Assembly (NCBI RefSeq): GCF_006345805.1
Contig: NC_042997.1
Location: 127,100,001-127,164,000 of the forward strand
From: Octopus sinensis
Lineage: Eukaryota
Reading direction: 5' to 3'
Length of the DNA stretch: 64,000 bases
Under the pieces are notes generated by a model, which saw nothing but the letters and a program-made list of their open reading frames with translations, made no database searches and had not been told where the DNA came from. Positions 13,790 through 25,235 of this stretch are shown here, piece after piece. The position numbers and the translations under genes were made by a program. How positions within the stretch are numbered: the first letter of the stretch is position 1; every line of letters begins with the position of its first letter.

Positions 13790-14230
13790 ATATATATATA
13801 TATATATATATATATGCATATACATATGAATTATCACAGAATTTGGTTCTGCATGTATAAGTGTAAATACTACTGTAGGCTATCAATGGCTTCAGAGATC
13901 CATTGATGCCCAGAGCGTTGAATATATAATTATTCTCTCTCAAAGTGTATCAGGATTATATCCTAAAATAAGTTTGCGGGATATAAAAGCAAAACTGCTC
14001 AAAAAATCTCAGTTGAGCATGTGAACATAATGTATGTAGACTAACTGAATGAAGGCATGCATACACGCACACACATGCACACATATAGTTATATGTATAC
14101 GTTCGTACATATGAGTTAGGGAACGAAAGAAAGTGGCACCTAACACATTTCATAAGTGCATTTAAGTATTGAAGTAAAGGTTGCTGGAACTACAATATAC
14201 TGAAGGTTTCGTGGGCACAGATATCCATAG

Positions 14231-14650
14231 AAGGCGGCGAGCTTGGCAGAAACGTTAGCACACTGGGCCGAAATGCTTAGCGGTATTTCGCCTGTCCTTA
14301 CGTTCTGAGTTCAAATTCCGCCAAGGTCGACTTTGCCTGTCATCCTTTCGGGGTCGATAAATTAAGTACCAGTTACGCACTGGGGTCGATGTAATCGACT
14401 TAATCCTTTTGTCTGTCCTTGTTTGTTCCTCAATGTTTAGCCCCTTGTGGGTAGTAAAGAAATAGATATTTCGACTGCCGCTACGTTCTGAGTTCAAATT
14501 CCGCCGAGATCAACTTTGCCTTTAATCTTTCCGTGGTCGATAAATTAAGTACCAGTTACGCACCGGAGTCCATGTAATCGACTTAATCCCTTTGTCTGTC
14601 CTTGTTTGTCCCCTCTATTTTTTGCCCCTTGTGGGCAATAAAGAAATAAG
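14231..14650 (+). mobile_element. SINE family B, head-to-tail dimer
   Basis: Full copy followed by re-entry at GATATTTCG (14465), giving a 183-bp internal repeat unit. Confidence 0.9.
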
Positions 14651-14785
14651 AAGACGTCCATAGAATCAGATGTATGGTATCAGGGACTCTCACTGCGACA
14701 ATATGGGCATGTACTGCGCCCGAGAAACATTAAGTAACGGGATAGTGAGAAGGCTGAATCACCCTGTTATTAGATACATACATAC

Positions 14786-14843
<58 letters not shown>

Positions 14844-14844
<1 letters not shown>

Positions 14845-15052
14845 AGGCGGCGAACTGGCAGAAACGCTAGCACGCCGGGCAAAATGCTTAGCGCTGTTTC
14901 GTCTGTCTTTACGTTCTGAGTTCAAATGCTGCCGAGGTCAACTTGCCTTTTATCTTTACGGGTTCGATAAGTTAAGTACCACTTGCGTACTGGGTCGATC
15001 TAATCGACTAGCCATCTCCCACAAAATTTCGGGCCTTGTGCCTAGAGTAGAA
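14844..15052 (+). mobile_element. SINE family B (variant 3' end)
   Basis: AAGGCGGCGAACTGGCAGAAACG...GAGTTCAAATGC...GGGTCGATCTAATCGAC. Confidence 0.85.
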
Positions 15053-15129
15053 AACAAGTATGTGTGTGTGTGTGAAGGAGAGAGAGAGAGAGAGAGAGAG
15101 AGAAAATGTGTATGTGCGTGCGTATGATG

Positions 15130-15388
15130 GACTCTCCAGTCGTTAGCTGACGTATGAGGGTTCAACAAACACATGATTTGTTTATAGTGATCAAATGTTG
15201 ATGTGCACATAAGTTCACACCCTCTATTACCTGCATAGGTACAACGGGTGCCACATGTCATATGACGAAACGATTGCAGAGCAACATGAAATGAAGTGCT
15301 TTGCTCAAGAGCACAATGCAACGTCTGGTCTGGGAATCGAACCCACAATCGCGCAATCGTGAGTGCAGCACCTTAACCACTGAGCCAG
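15130..15388 (-). mobile_element. tRNA-derived SINE (related to families C/E)
   Basis: Minus strand TGGCTCAGTGGTTAAGGTGCTGCACTCACG...GGGTTCGATTCCCAGACC. Confidence 0.75.
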
Positions 15389-15499
15389 GTGTGTGTGTGT
15401 GTTATGTATGTATGTATGTATGTATGTATGGATGGATGGATGGATGTGTACATGTTGGATAATTACGAAAAAAATTTCGTATTAGAATTCTTCAAATAA

Positions 15500-15580
15500 A
15501 GTGACTTCTACTGTAGCCTTGGGCCGACCAAAGCCTTGTGAGCGGAACTGGTAGACGGAAACTGAAAGAAATCCGTCGTG

Positions 15581-15642
<62 letters not shown>

Positions 15643-15870
15643 GTGTGTGTGTTTGTATGTATGTACGTATCTGTTTGTGTGTCTGTATTTGTCCCCTAGC
15701 ATCACTTGACAACCGATGTTAGTGTATTTACGTACCTGTAACTTTGTGGTTTCGGCAAAAGAGACCGATAGAATAAGTACTAGGCTTACAAAAAATAAGT
15801 CACGGTGTCGATTTGTTCGACTAAAGGCTGTGCTCCAGCATCACCGCAGTCAAATGACCGAAACAAATAA
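15500..15870 (+). mobile_element. SINE family A, 5'-truncated
   Basis: Matches the 2653-3095 copy from CTACTGTAGCC to CAGTCAAATGACCGAAAC. Confidence 0.85.
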
Positions 15871-16574
15871 CGTCTGCCGTAAAGGCATTATTTTCCAAAT
15901 ACGCCAGCTAAGCTAAGTTGGACTGTCCAAAGTCGTAAGACACCCGCTGTTTTTGTCCTGTTATTACTATTATTGTTTTTTGTATTTATATTCGTGTGGC
16001 ATCGTCCGCTTTTCTGTCCTTGTTTCGTATACATTCAATCCTTTTTCCAAGAAATCTAATGCTCGTAGCTTAGTTTTTCCTTGGGGCTGGCCGGATCGGA
16101 GCGATCTCAAGATTAATCAGCCGAAATTGCGAGGATGATCCGGTTCTTGACTGAAGATTGGAGGCTTCGAATGTCCCGTCCGTGTTTTTTTTAGTGTCTT
16201 CTAAATGTTTTACGTTCTCGCCGGTTTTTTGTGTCGTCTATTTGAGTGTTTTGCGTTCTTGTCCCATTTTGTATTTTTATATATATTTTTTATACACACA
16301 CACACCACACACACACACATATATGGATAAGATCGTTTATTTAAATTAAACAACGATCTTATCAAGTGGCCAGCATGGGAATAAAAACCTTCAAAGGTAA
16401 TAATTACTATTAAAATTATAACTTAGGGTATCTACGAGATACCGCCATGCTGAAAAATTTTAATATATATATATATATCAACAATTGAGGGTAAAATTAA
16501 TTAGTTATTAATCAATTTCACCAAGTAGTGTTCAGTATGTAAAAGGACCATTTAAGGCGAATTTAAAATATTAC

Positions 16575-17050
16575 ATTATATAATTAGGGCTTAGTAAAAT
16601 AAATTACTTTGCCACATACTGAACTTTCTAGAAATAGCAGCCAAAAAGTTTCTTAGCCATTTCCACTACTTTAAGAAAATTTCTCTCAGATAATGTTTAC
16701 TCATAAATAACTCACGAAGGTATGGAGGTAAAAACAGAAAAATATCACAAGTACAAAGATCATTTCAGAACGTTAACGTTTCTAGATTAGCCAAATAAAC
16801 TCAGCATTTCTTTCGTCAGCTCAACATTTCTTAATTGGATTTGGATGGAAGCACTAAAAGGAAGAGAACATACCCTTTGGTGACGTATCACCTCAGATGA
16901 ACACGCTCCGACTGCCAGTACTACAAATTCAAAATGCACAAGAGAGAATTTTCTTAAGTAGTGGAAATGGCTAAGAAATTTTGGCTGCTATTTCTAGAAA
17001 GTTCAGTATGTGGCAAAGTAATTTATTTTACTAAGCCCTAATTATATAAT
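16575..17050. repeat. Inverted-repeat cassette: arms 16575-16687 / 16942-17050, hammerhead motif in the spacer
   Basis: ATTATATAATTAGGGCTTAGTAAAAT...GAAAATTTTCTCTC versus GAGAGAATTTTC...CTAAGCCCTAATTATATAAT, nearly identical apart from small indels. Confidence 0.92.
16764..16824 (-). ncRNA. Type I hammerhead-like motif (A.A at position 10.1/11.1)
   Basis: Minus strand TTGAG CTGACGA A AGA..TCT A GAAA CGTTAACGT T CTGAA. Core intact, stem III is the palindrome ACGTTAACGT, GUU triplet, one G.G mismatch in stem I. Confidence 0.6.
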
Positions 17051-17057
17051 ATATATA

Positions 17058-17105
<48 letters not shown>

Positions 17106-17331
17106 TATATTATATATATAATATATAATATTTATTATATAGGGAGAGTTATGAAAAAAAAAACAAAAGAGGAAGACAGGTGGTGTACAAAAAAACCCAG
17201 ATGTATTAGTATACCGCTCAGGAATAGAAAAAGTCTTTTACGTTTCGAGCCTACGCTCTTATACAAAAAGGGACTCAGAAAATACAATGAGAGAAAAAAT
17301 TGTGTGTTGTGGCTAACGATCTATATATATA

Positions 17332-17376
<45 letters not shown>

Positions 17377-19296
17377 GTATATATACATACACACATGCAC
17401 ACATATGTACATACACATAAACACCACACACACATACACACACGCTCACAAATAAACCTATACATTGAAATTGAACATGGAAGCAATGAACGGAAATGCA
17501 CAAAGAGCAAATAAACATGCGAATCCAATCGTCAGCCATAGAGACCAGCCTCAGCATCGTCCAAAGACTTTAAGTCCTCTCATGGTTCCCCTAGTTGCGC
17601 TAATCCTAAGGTGTATTGCCGTTTTGCTTTTATTCCGGTTCCTTACGCCTATATTACACATGTGGCGGAGATCAACTTCGCCGTTGATACTTCTGGCTTT
17701 GATAAATAAAGCACTCGTCACCGATGGGGGATAGGCAGAAACTTGCAGTTTCTGTCCTGTTTGTTTTCGCTCTGTTTCCAAATACTGCTGTGGCCATTAA
17801 AAGTCATAAACGTAACCTATCGCCCGCCTAAGCACTACTACTTTGTTATCGTACATTCCTGTTACAAGAATTCTTGACGGATGTCCCGTTTTGAAGTACA
17901 GTATTTGCTCCTTTCCTCACACCAGTTTTCGTGGTCACCGTTCTTCTTCTCTGACTAAGAGATAAAATAATGCTGACCTGATTTGGACATAAGATTAATT
18001 TTTTATATCATTAGTGATTTACACCATACTGTGTGTTTAGCGTGTGCACCCTTTTGTCTACGGTTTTTTTAAAAATTGAAATTTTAAATATCAAACATAT
18101 ATTTCCGGCTTCTCAAATGCCTCATCAGCCAATTTACTGAAACAGTAACATATGTTTACTGAAACAGTCAGTCTTATTTTGTTATAACGAGACTTCATAT
18201 CATGATACAATACTTTTGAAGACAATCAAATCAAACCATATAAATAACGCGGGAGTAGCTTGCATACTAACCACATGGTTCCGGGTTCAGTCCCACTGCG
18301 TGGCACCTTAGGCAAGTGTCTTCTACTATAGCCTCGGGCCAACCAAAGCCTTGTGAGTGGATTTGGTGGACGGAAACTGAAAGAAGCCCGTCGTATATAT
18401 GTATGTATACATAAATGGCGGTGCCCCGCCGCATGGCCACAGCTCATGAGCTGAAACTAGAATCAATCAAAAAGAATCAATCAATATGTATATATATATA
18501 TATATATCTATATATATATACTATATATATATATATCTGTGTGTGTGTGTGTGTGTGTGTGTGTTACGTATGTGTGTGTGTGTGTATGTTTGTGATAATG
18601 TGGTTTGTTCCATGTGTTTTCCCCCTCCAATATCGCTTGACAACCGATGCTGGTGTGTTTACGTCCCTGTAACTTAGCGGTTCGTCAAAAGAAACCGATA
18701 GAATAAGTACAAAGAATAAGTTCTGGGGTCGATTTGCTCGACAAAAGGCGGTGCTCCAGCATGGCCACAGTTAAAATGACTGAAACAAGTAAAAAAAATG
18801 AGTAACACAGATCAACGATTAGGATTTTAAAAATTATAAACTACATTGATTTCATACATAGCAACAAGGACTCTAAGCGGGCCGTTTTTTCTTTTTTATC
18901 TATCTCTTCACTGAAGCATAAAACATCATAGTCGGCATCAGTTCGTTTTGAACTCAGAACATAGAGTGCTTTTATTAAATAATGCAGTAAGTATTACTCG
19001 ATCTTTTATTGACTCTCCCAATCCCGAAACCTGTACATGAAACGTGTGTTAAGTATCAACGTACGAAAGGTAGTTCAGGAAATTATCTGGCAAGCAGACT
19101 AGAATCTGAGGCGATTAAAAAGTTCAGTAAGACATAGGTAGACATATATAAACTCATTTTGAGAAAGAGTGGGATGCAGACTCGGTCTGGTGTCATTGGT
19201 GTCGTGATGATTCGGCAAATGACAGAATTACGTGGTTTGAATAATAATGGCGGTCGATTTGTTGTTGTAGCATATATATAGTGTATATATAATTAT

Positions 19297-19370
<74 letters not shown>

Positions 19371-19630
19371 GTATATATATATGTATATACATACATACTA
19401 CATACATAATACATACATACGTATATATATATATGTGTGTGTGTGCATATATATATATATATATATATGTGGGTACAATGGAAATAACATATGAATCTGT
19501 GCGTATAACATGGGTATGCATGCATATTTGTATGTATGAAATGTATGCATGTATGCATGTACGTATGTATGCAGTGTATATATAGATATGTGCTTATATA
19601 TTCAATAGATATGTGCTATATATTATTATC

Positions 19631-19665
<35 letters not shown>

Positions 19666-20194
19666 TACAGACACATATATGTATATACGTATACATATAA
19701 ACACACACACATATACACACCCACATACACACACATATCATAATGTAAAACTTGTAAAGTGTAATGAAAACTACTTTACATAGAGCAAACATTATCTGAT
19801 GTAATACTGAATACATTGGATAGAGGAGATAGATATGTTTATTACGTCAAATAATGACAGTCTGTTATGTGTTTCGCCTCATAATAGGCGATCGTGGGAT
19901 AGATTAAACACTATGTAGTTTATATAAAATTAGTTAACCTAAGATGGATGTGAGTGGATAGGGTGTTAAGTGTCTCTGAAAATTAATTTAAAGATGTAGA
20001 TTTATATTAGGAAGTTATTGTTAAATCATATGTATGCATGAACGGGTTGGTATACTCCTCAGCTCTACTCCTGTTTTGCATTATCTGAAGTTATTTACTT
20101 CATTACCTGAAGTTAATAACTGAAGTTATTAGAGGAGCGTAAATATTAGAGGTGATGACTTCTGTTCTGGTTCATACGACAGGCAAAGCGTAAT

Positions 20195-20231
<37 letters not shown>

Positions 20232-20238
20232 TACATAA

Positions 20239-20274
<36 letters not shown>

Positions 20275-20291
20275 TATATATTATAGATATA

Positions 20292-20338
<47 letters not shown>

Positions 20339-20425
20339 TATATATATTATATGATAAACGGTAAGATAACAAAAGAAAGAAAGAGACCTCAATATTATGT
20401 AAATAGAGGAAATTTATCTATACCA

Positions 20426-20589
20426 ATGTTACATTACTCGGTAGTCAAGATAAAACTCTGAGTTTCAGATGCCGAAGTGGAAATCCACAACACCATCTCT
20501 TCGGTTATCTGGCAAGAGATGGTGTTGTGGATTTCCACTTCGGCATCTGAAACTCAGAGTTTTATCTTGACTACCGAGTAATGTAACAT
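20426..20589. repeat. Perfect 76-bp inverted repeat with 12-nt loop
   Basis: Arms 20426-20501 and 20514-20589 checked base by base as exact reverse complements. Confidence 0.97.
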
Positions 20590-20608
20590 ATTGTATAGAT
20601 ATATATAT

Positions 20609-20673
<65 letters not shown>

Positions 20674-20721
20674 TACACCACACACACACACACACATATA
20701 TATACATATATATTATATATA

Positions 20722-20752
<31 letters not shown>

Positions 20753-21329
20753 TATATAAACACATACATATATAACATGTAACATTAGGGAATATCATAT
20801 ATATATATATCATTATCTATAAATCTGAAATGCGAAAAGTTTATTTGTCTGGTTTGGGCATTGGAACGGGTTAAAGGGCACTAGCTCCCGTCGGATTGAC
20901 TCTAAAATTTACAGGGACATGTAAAATGAGGTGAGGATGTAAGTGGGTTAGCTTAGAAATCCCTATCTTAAAATGTGTGGTTACTAGGGCAAGAAATGCA
21001 CACTTTGACAAGTCTGCTCCCATTCTCTTATCTGCATGTCTTCCTCTGTGTCTCTCTGTTTCCTCCCTTCCCATCACTTTCTCTCTATAACGTCGCTTGA
21101 CCGCGTCTACTATCTTTTCCCCGCCGCTTCGCCAGCCCTGTCACTCTCTCTCTCTTTCTACGTCTGTCTGCATTCATAGAGAGAATTACTATCGCCACCA
21201 CCACAACCCAATCATGAGAACAAATATTATGAATCAATATTTATTGAGTTATTTTTTATATGTGTGTTTGTGAGTTCTATATATAAGTATGTATATATAA
21301 TGTATATATACAAAGTGTATATATCTGTA

Positions 21330-21690
21330 TATCATCATCATCATCATCATCATCGTTTAGCGTCCGCTTTCCATGCTAGCATGGGTTGGACGGTTCTACT
21401 GGGGTCTGTGAAGCCAGAAGGCTTCATCAGGCCCAGTCAAATCTGGCAGTGTTTCTACGGCTGGATGCCCTTCCTAACGCCAACCACTCCGTGAGTGTAG
21501 TGGGTGCTTTTTACGTGCCACCCGCACTGGTGCCAGACAGAGCTGGCAAACGGCCACGAACGGATGGTGCTTTTTATGTGCCACCGACACGAGGCCAGGC
21601 AAGGCTGGAACGGACACGAAACGGGGCAGTGCTGGCAACGGTCGCGAAACGGAAGGTTCTCTTAATGCCACTGGCACTGGTAACACATCT
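21330..21690 (-). mobile_element. SINE or non-autonomous element with RTE-like 3' end and (GAT)n tail
   Basis: Minus strand GCGTTAGGAAGGGCATCCAGCCGTAGAAAC and terminal (GAT)n. Internal duplication of GGTGCTTTTTAyGTGCCACC. Confidence 0.75.
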
Positions 21691-21800
21691 GCAATTTCCA
21701 TGATCGATTTCGATTCTGATCCTCACTTGCCTCAACGGGTCTTCACAAGTAGACAAGTGAGGATCAGAATCGAAATCGATCAATGGAAATCAATCAATGG

Positions 21801-21860
<60 letters not shown>

Positions 21861-22110
21861 CACACATATATATATATAATTTGTATACATTTTTATATAT
21901 ATGTAAACACCACACACCCACACACACAACACACACACAACGTATATATATATAATATATTATCTATATATATTATATATATATATATATATATACATAT
22001 CAATAAATTAAGGGTAAAAGGGGGCAAAAAATTCTAGAAAAATTCTCCGCTACCAGCGGTCAAGTGAGAAAGAAAAGATAGTCAATAGACTATATAATAT
22101 ACATTCAAAC

Positions 22111-22516
22111 ATATAAGGAATGGTCATGATAGGACATTCAACTCACTAGAAAGAGCAGCCAAACTCCAAACCACTAATAGTTGTAATTCTGAAATGGAAA
22201 GTAATAAAAACGTTTACCATTTCCCTCTCTGGACTATGCATAGTTTCGGCGAACTTTAGTAAATAAATAAATAAAATTAAATTCATTTACAACTGGCGTG
22301 CCACATCAGCAGAGAAGCCAAGGACTAAACATATATTCACGAGGCAATAATAAGCATTCCTCGAATCTATATGTAATAAATTTTCAAAATCCACCGCGCG
22401 AGGGAAATGGTAAACTTTTTTATTTCTTTCCATTTCAGAATTACAGCTATTAGTGGTTTGGAGTTTGGCTGCCCTTTCTAGTGAGTTGAATGTCCTATTA
22501 TGGCCATCCCTTATAT
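22111..22516. repeat. Inverted-repeat cassette: arms 22111-22227 / 22400-22516, hammerhead motif in the spacer
   Basis: ATATAAGGAATGGTCATGATAGGACATTCAAC...CCATTTCCCTC versus GAGGGAAATGG...GTTGAATGTCCTATTATGGCCATCCCTTATAT. Confidence 0.92.
22224..22317 (-). ncRNA. Type I hammerhead-like motif (A9U substitution)
   Basis: Minus strand CTTCTCTG CTGATGT GGC..GCC GAAA CTATGCATAGT C CAGAGAGG. Stem I is 8 bp, stem III is the palindrome ACTATGCATAGT, GUC triplet. Confidence 0.65.
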
Positions 22517-23203
22517 ATGCACACCTATGTTAAAAGTGCTGGCGAGTTTGCATGACAACTATTTTTTTCCTCAAATGAAAGGCGTGACCTCTAGGACAAA
22601 ATTCCTCATCTTATAAAATGTGGCCCGAGTAGACCCGAATGAAATCTGGTTATATTAACCAAAATGTGAAAAGGGGTCTAAATGGGGCTGGTAGGGGATT
22701 AAATTTTACAGGAGCGGGTGTTTAGGAATTTTCTTTTACATCAAGTTCAAAATTTTACGCCAGCCGTTAAACTGCCACTACGTTGCTGTCTGTCGTTAAG
22801 AAATGCCAGCCATGGTGATTCTACTATCCTCAGATTCTATCTCTTCAAACTTTGGTTTCCAATATTTTTAATTTTTTATTCAGCTCGCAAGTTCGTCTGT
22901 CCTTTTTAAATGTTAGTGTTTTGCTGTCTGCCTTGAAGCAGACCTTTCCATTGTCACAGCCTGATATTTATGATTGATCTTTGAAAATATTTTATTTCTC
23001 AACTTACTCAAGATCTTTGTTGTTTATAAATGGGAAAGAGATAGATAGAGAAAGATAGAGTGTAAGAGAAATCGAGGGAGAGTCCGAGAGCAAGGAAGAG
23101 TAAGAGAGTGGAAAAGTGAGATAGAAAGGAGAGAGAAACAAAGAGGGAGAATGTGGTGATAAAAAACAGAAAGGAAGCAACAGAAAGTAACAACCACACT
23201 CTT

Positions 23204-23235
23204 ACCCGCGCGTAGAGCGGGTCGCCTTAAGCTAG
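23204..23235 (+). mobile_element. Helitron-like 3' terminus
   Basis: GC-rich hairpin ACCCGC-GCGTAGA-GCGGGT (23204-23222), then CTAG (23232-23235) followed by T. Confidence 0.6.
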
Positions 23236-23260
23236 TATATATATATAAATATATATATAT

Positions 23261-23392
23261 AAGGCGAGCTGGCACAACCTTTGGCACATGAGGCAAAATG
23301 CTTGGCGACACATCATCCTCTTTACCTTCGAATTTTCTGTTGATCCTTTCGAGGTTGATAGAATAAGTAGCAGTTGAGCAATAGGGTCGATG
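23261..23392 (+). mobile_element. SINE family B, diverged partial
   Basis: AAGGCGAGCTGGCACAACC...ATCCTTTCGAGGTTGATAGAATAAGTAGC. Confidence 0.75.
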
Positions 23393-23663
23393 ACAGGAAT
23401 ATCATAAGAAAGACAATCTCTTTTACCATTTCGCAGCTCACAGTGTCCGGTTTCTATGACCGAAGGGGAGATAACAACTCAGAAATGTTTGTGTCTGGGT
23501 AGGTAGCACTGCGAGCTGATTTTAGGTGTATTTACGCCATTTGTCTACGGCGAGAAATTTTCTCCGTGGCAAAACACAATGAATGGTTTTCTTATGGATT
23601 TGAATATGCGCCAAACATATTTGAACTTCCACCTCGTAATATATATATTTCTATATCTATATC

Positions 23664-23716
<53 letters not shown>

Positions 23717-23737
23717 CTCTCATCTATCTCTCTTCTC

Positions 23738-23775
<38 letters not shown>

Positions 23776-23900
23776 TATATGTAGAAAAATACAAACTGGG
23801 ATAAGAACGTAAAACATTTAGAGACGATACAAAAAACACGGACGGGACATTCGAATCCTTCAATCTTCAGTCAAGAAACGGATCATCCTAGCAATTTCGG

Positions 23901-23973
<73 letters not shown>

Positions 23974-24083
23974 ATATATATATCTGTCAACTGAAATAGT
24001 AACAGAATTACTGTAAATGTTTTTTCTCCGTGGATTTTAACTATGTTAAATCGTTACGAATCTCCTTTATTTTGAAGTTCATG

Positions 24084-24172
24084 AATTCATCTGACGAAAA
24101 CGGTTTCTTTGCAAAGATGTAATGTTTTCATTAATGAATTAAAGGTGTCGTTAGAAACGACCGTAATGGATT
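24084..24172 (+). ncRNA. Type I hammerhead-like motif (A.A at 10.1/11.1, long stem II loop)
   Basis: AATTCAT CTGACGA A AACGGT..GTCGTT A GAAA CG-AC-CGT A ATGGATT. Stem I is 7 bp, core intact, GUA triplet. Confidence 0.65.
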
Positions 24173-24272
24173 GACACCTGTATCTCTACTGTTACTCATG
24201 TATATAATACATACATACACACATACATATATATATGCATATTTTTCATATATATATATATATATATATAAG

Positions 24273-25063
24273 GCAAATAAGTAACAAGGATGTCCAGGTA
24301 TTAGTGCATTACGGCCGTTTCAAGCTGCTCCATTTAATCAATCAATGCAAACATTACATCAATTTGAAATATAACGCTCTCCTCGGGTGCGTACGACCAT
24401 ATAGATTTGCCAACATACAGGATACTCCATTATAATTTTTTTAGCAAACTTTTCATCAGTACTAGAGAATAAAATACATCGCTTATTTTTGCTATTATTG
24501 TAGCTGAATGAATTTAGGGATAAAAAAATGCCTAACGCTTGCTATAATTTACAGTGGCAGAAAGAATAAGCGGGGTCAAGAAATAAGAATTGTGATAGCT
24601 ACATTCATCATTATCCTTACCGCATGCAAATGACCAATTAAAACCAACTGCCAATACCAAATGGTTTTAATTCTAAGGGGACGGAGGCTACTCGCTGCAT
24701 TAGGTCTGTTGAATGTGAAAAGGATAAAGATTAATGTAGCTACATCACTATTCCTATTTCTTGATCCCCATTATTCTTTCTGCCACTCTAAATTATAGTA
24801 GGCTTTAGGTATTTTTGCCTAAATTCCCTCTGCTACCATAATAGCAAAAAGGAAGCAATGTGTTTTAGTCTCTAGTACTGATGAAAAATGTGCTAAAAAA
24901 ATTATAATGGAGTATCCTGTATGTTGGAAATCTATATAGTCGTATGCTTCCGAGTAGAGTGGTTTATTTGAAATTGATGTAATGTTTGCATTGACCGATT
25001 AAATTGAGCTATTTGAAACGGCTGTAATGCACTAATACCTGGACATCCTTCTTACTTATTTGC
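24273..25063. repeat. Large fold-back: ~345-bp imperfect inverted repeats (24273-24618 / 24720-25063)
   Basis: GCAAATAAGTAACAAGGATGTCCAGGTATTAGTGCATTAC...TTATCCTT versus AAGGATAA...GTAATGCACTAATACCTGGACATCCTTCTTACTTATTTGC. Confidence 0.92.
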
Positions 25064-25189
25064 TTTTTATTCACCTATCTTCGAGCTGCGGGGAAAATAC
25101 TGGACAGACTTGGTGCCTCAGATTAAGTACCTAATTCAACTGCATCTTAATTATTTCTTAACGCATCAAATATATATATATATATATAT

Positions 25190-25235
<46 letters not shown>

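Noticed and set aside
17465-17960. Moderately GC-rich unique segment with short ORFs on both strands
   Set aside because: No diagnostic motifs could be confirmed. It may be an old TE remnant.
24875-25035. CTGATGA...GAAACGGCTGTA inside the large fold-back arm
   Set aside because: About 135 nt separate the core halves, stem II is weak and A-U only, and there is no proper stem I.
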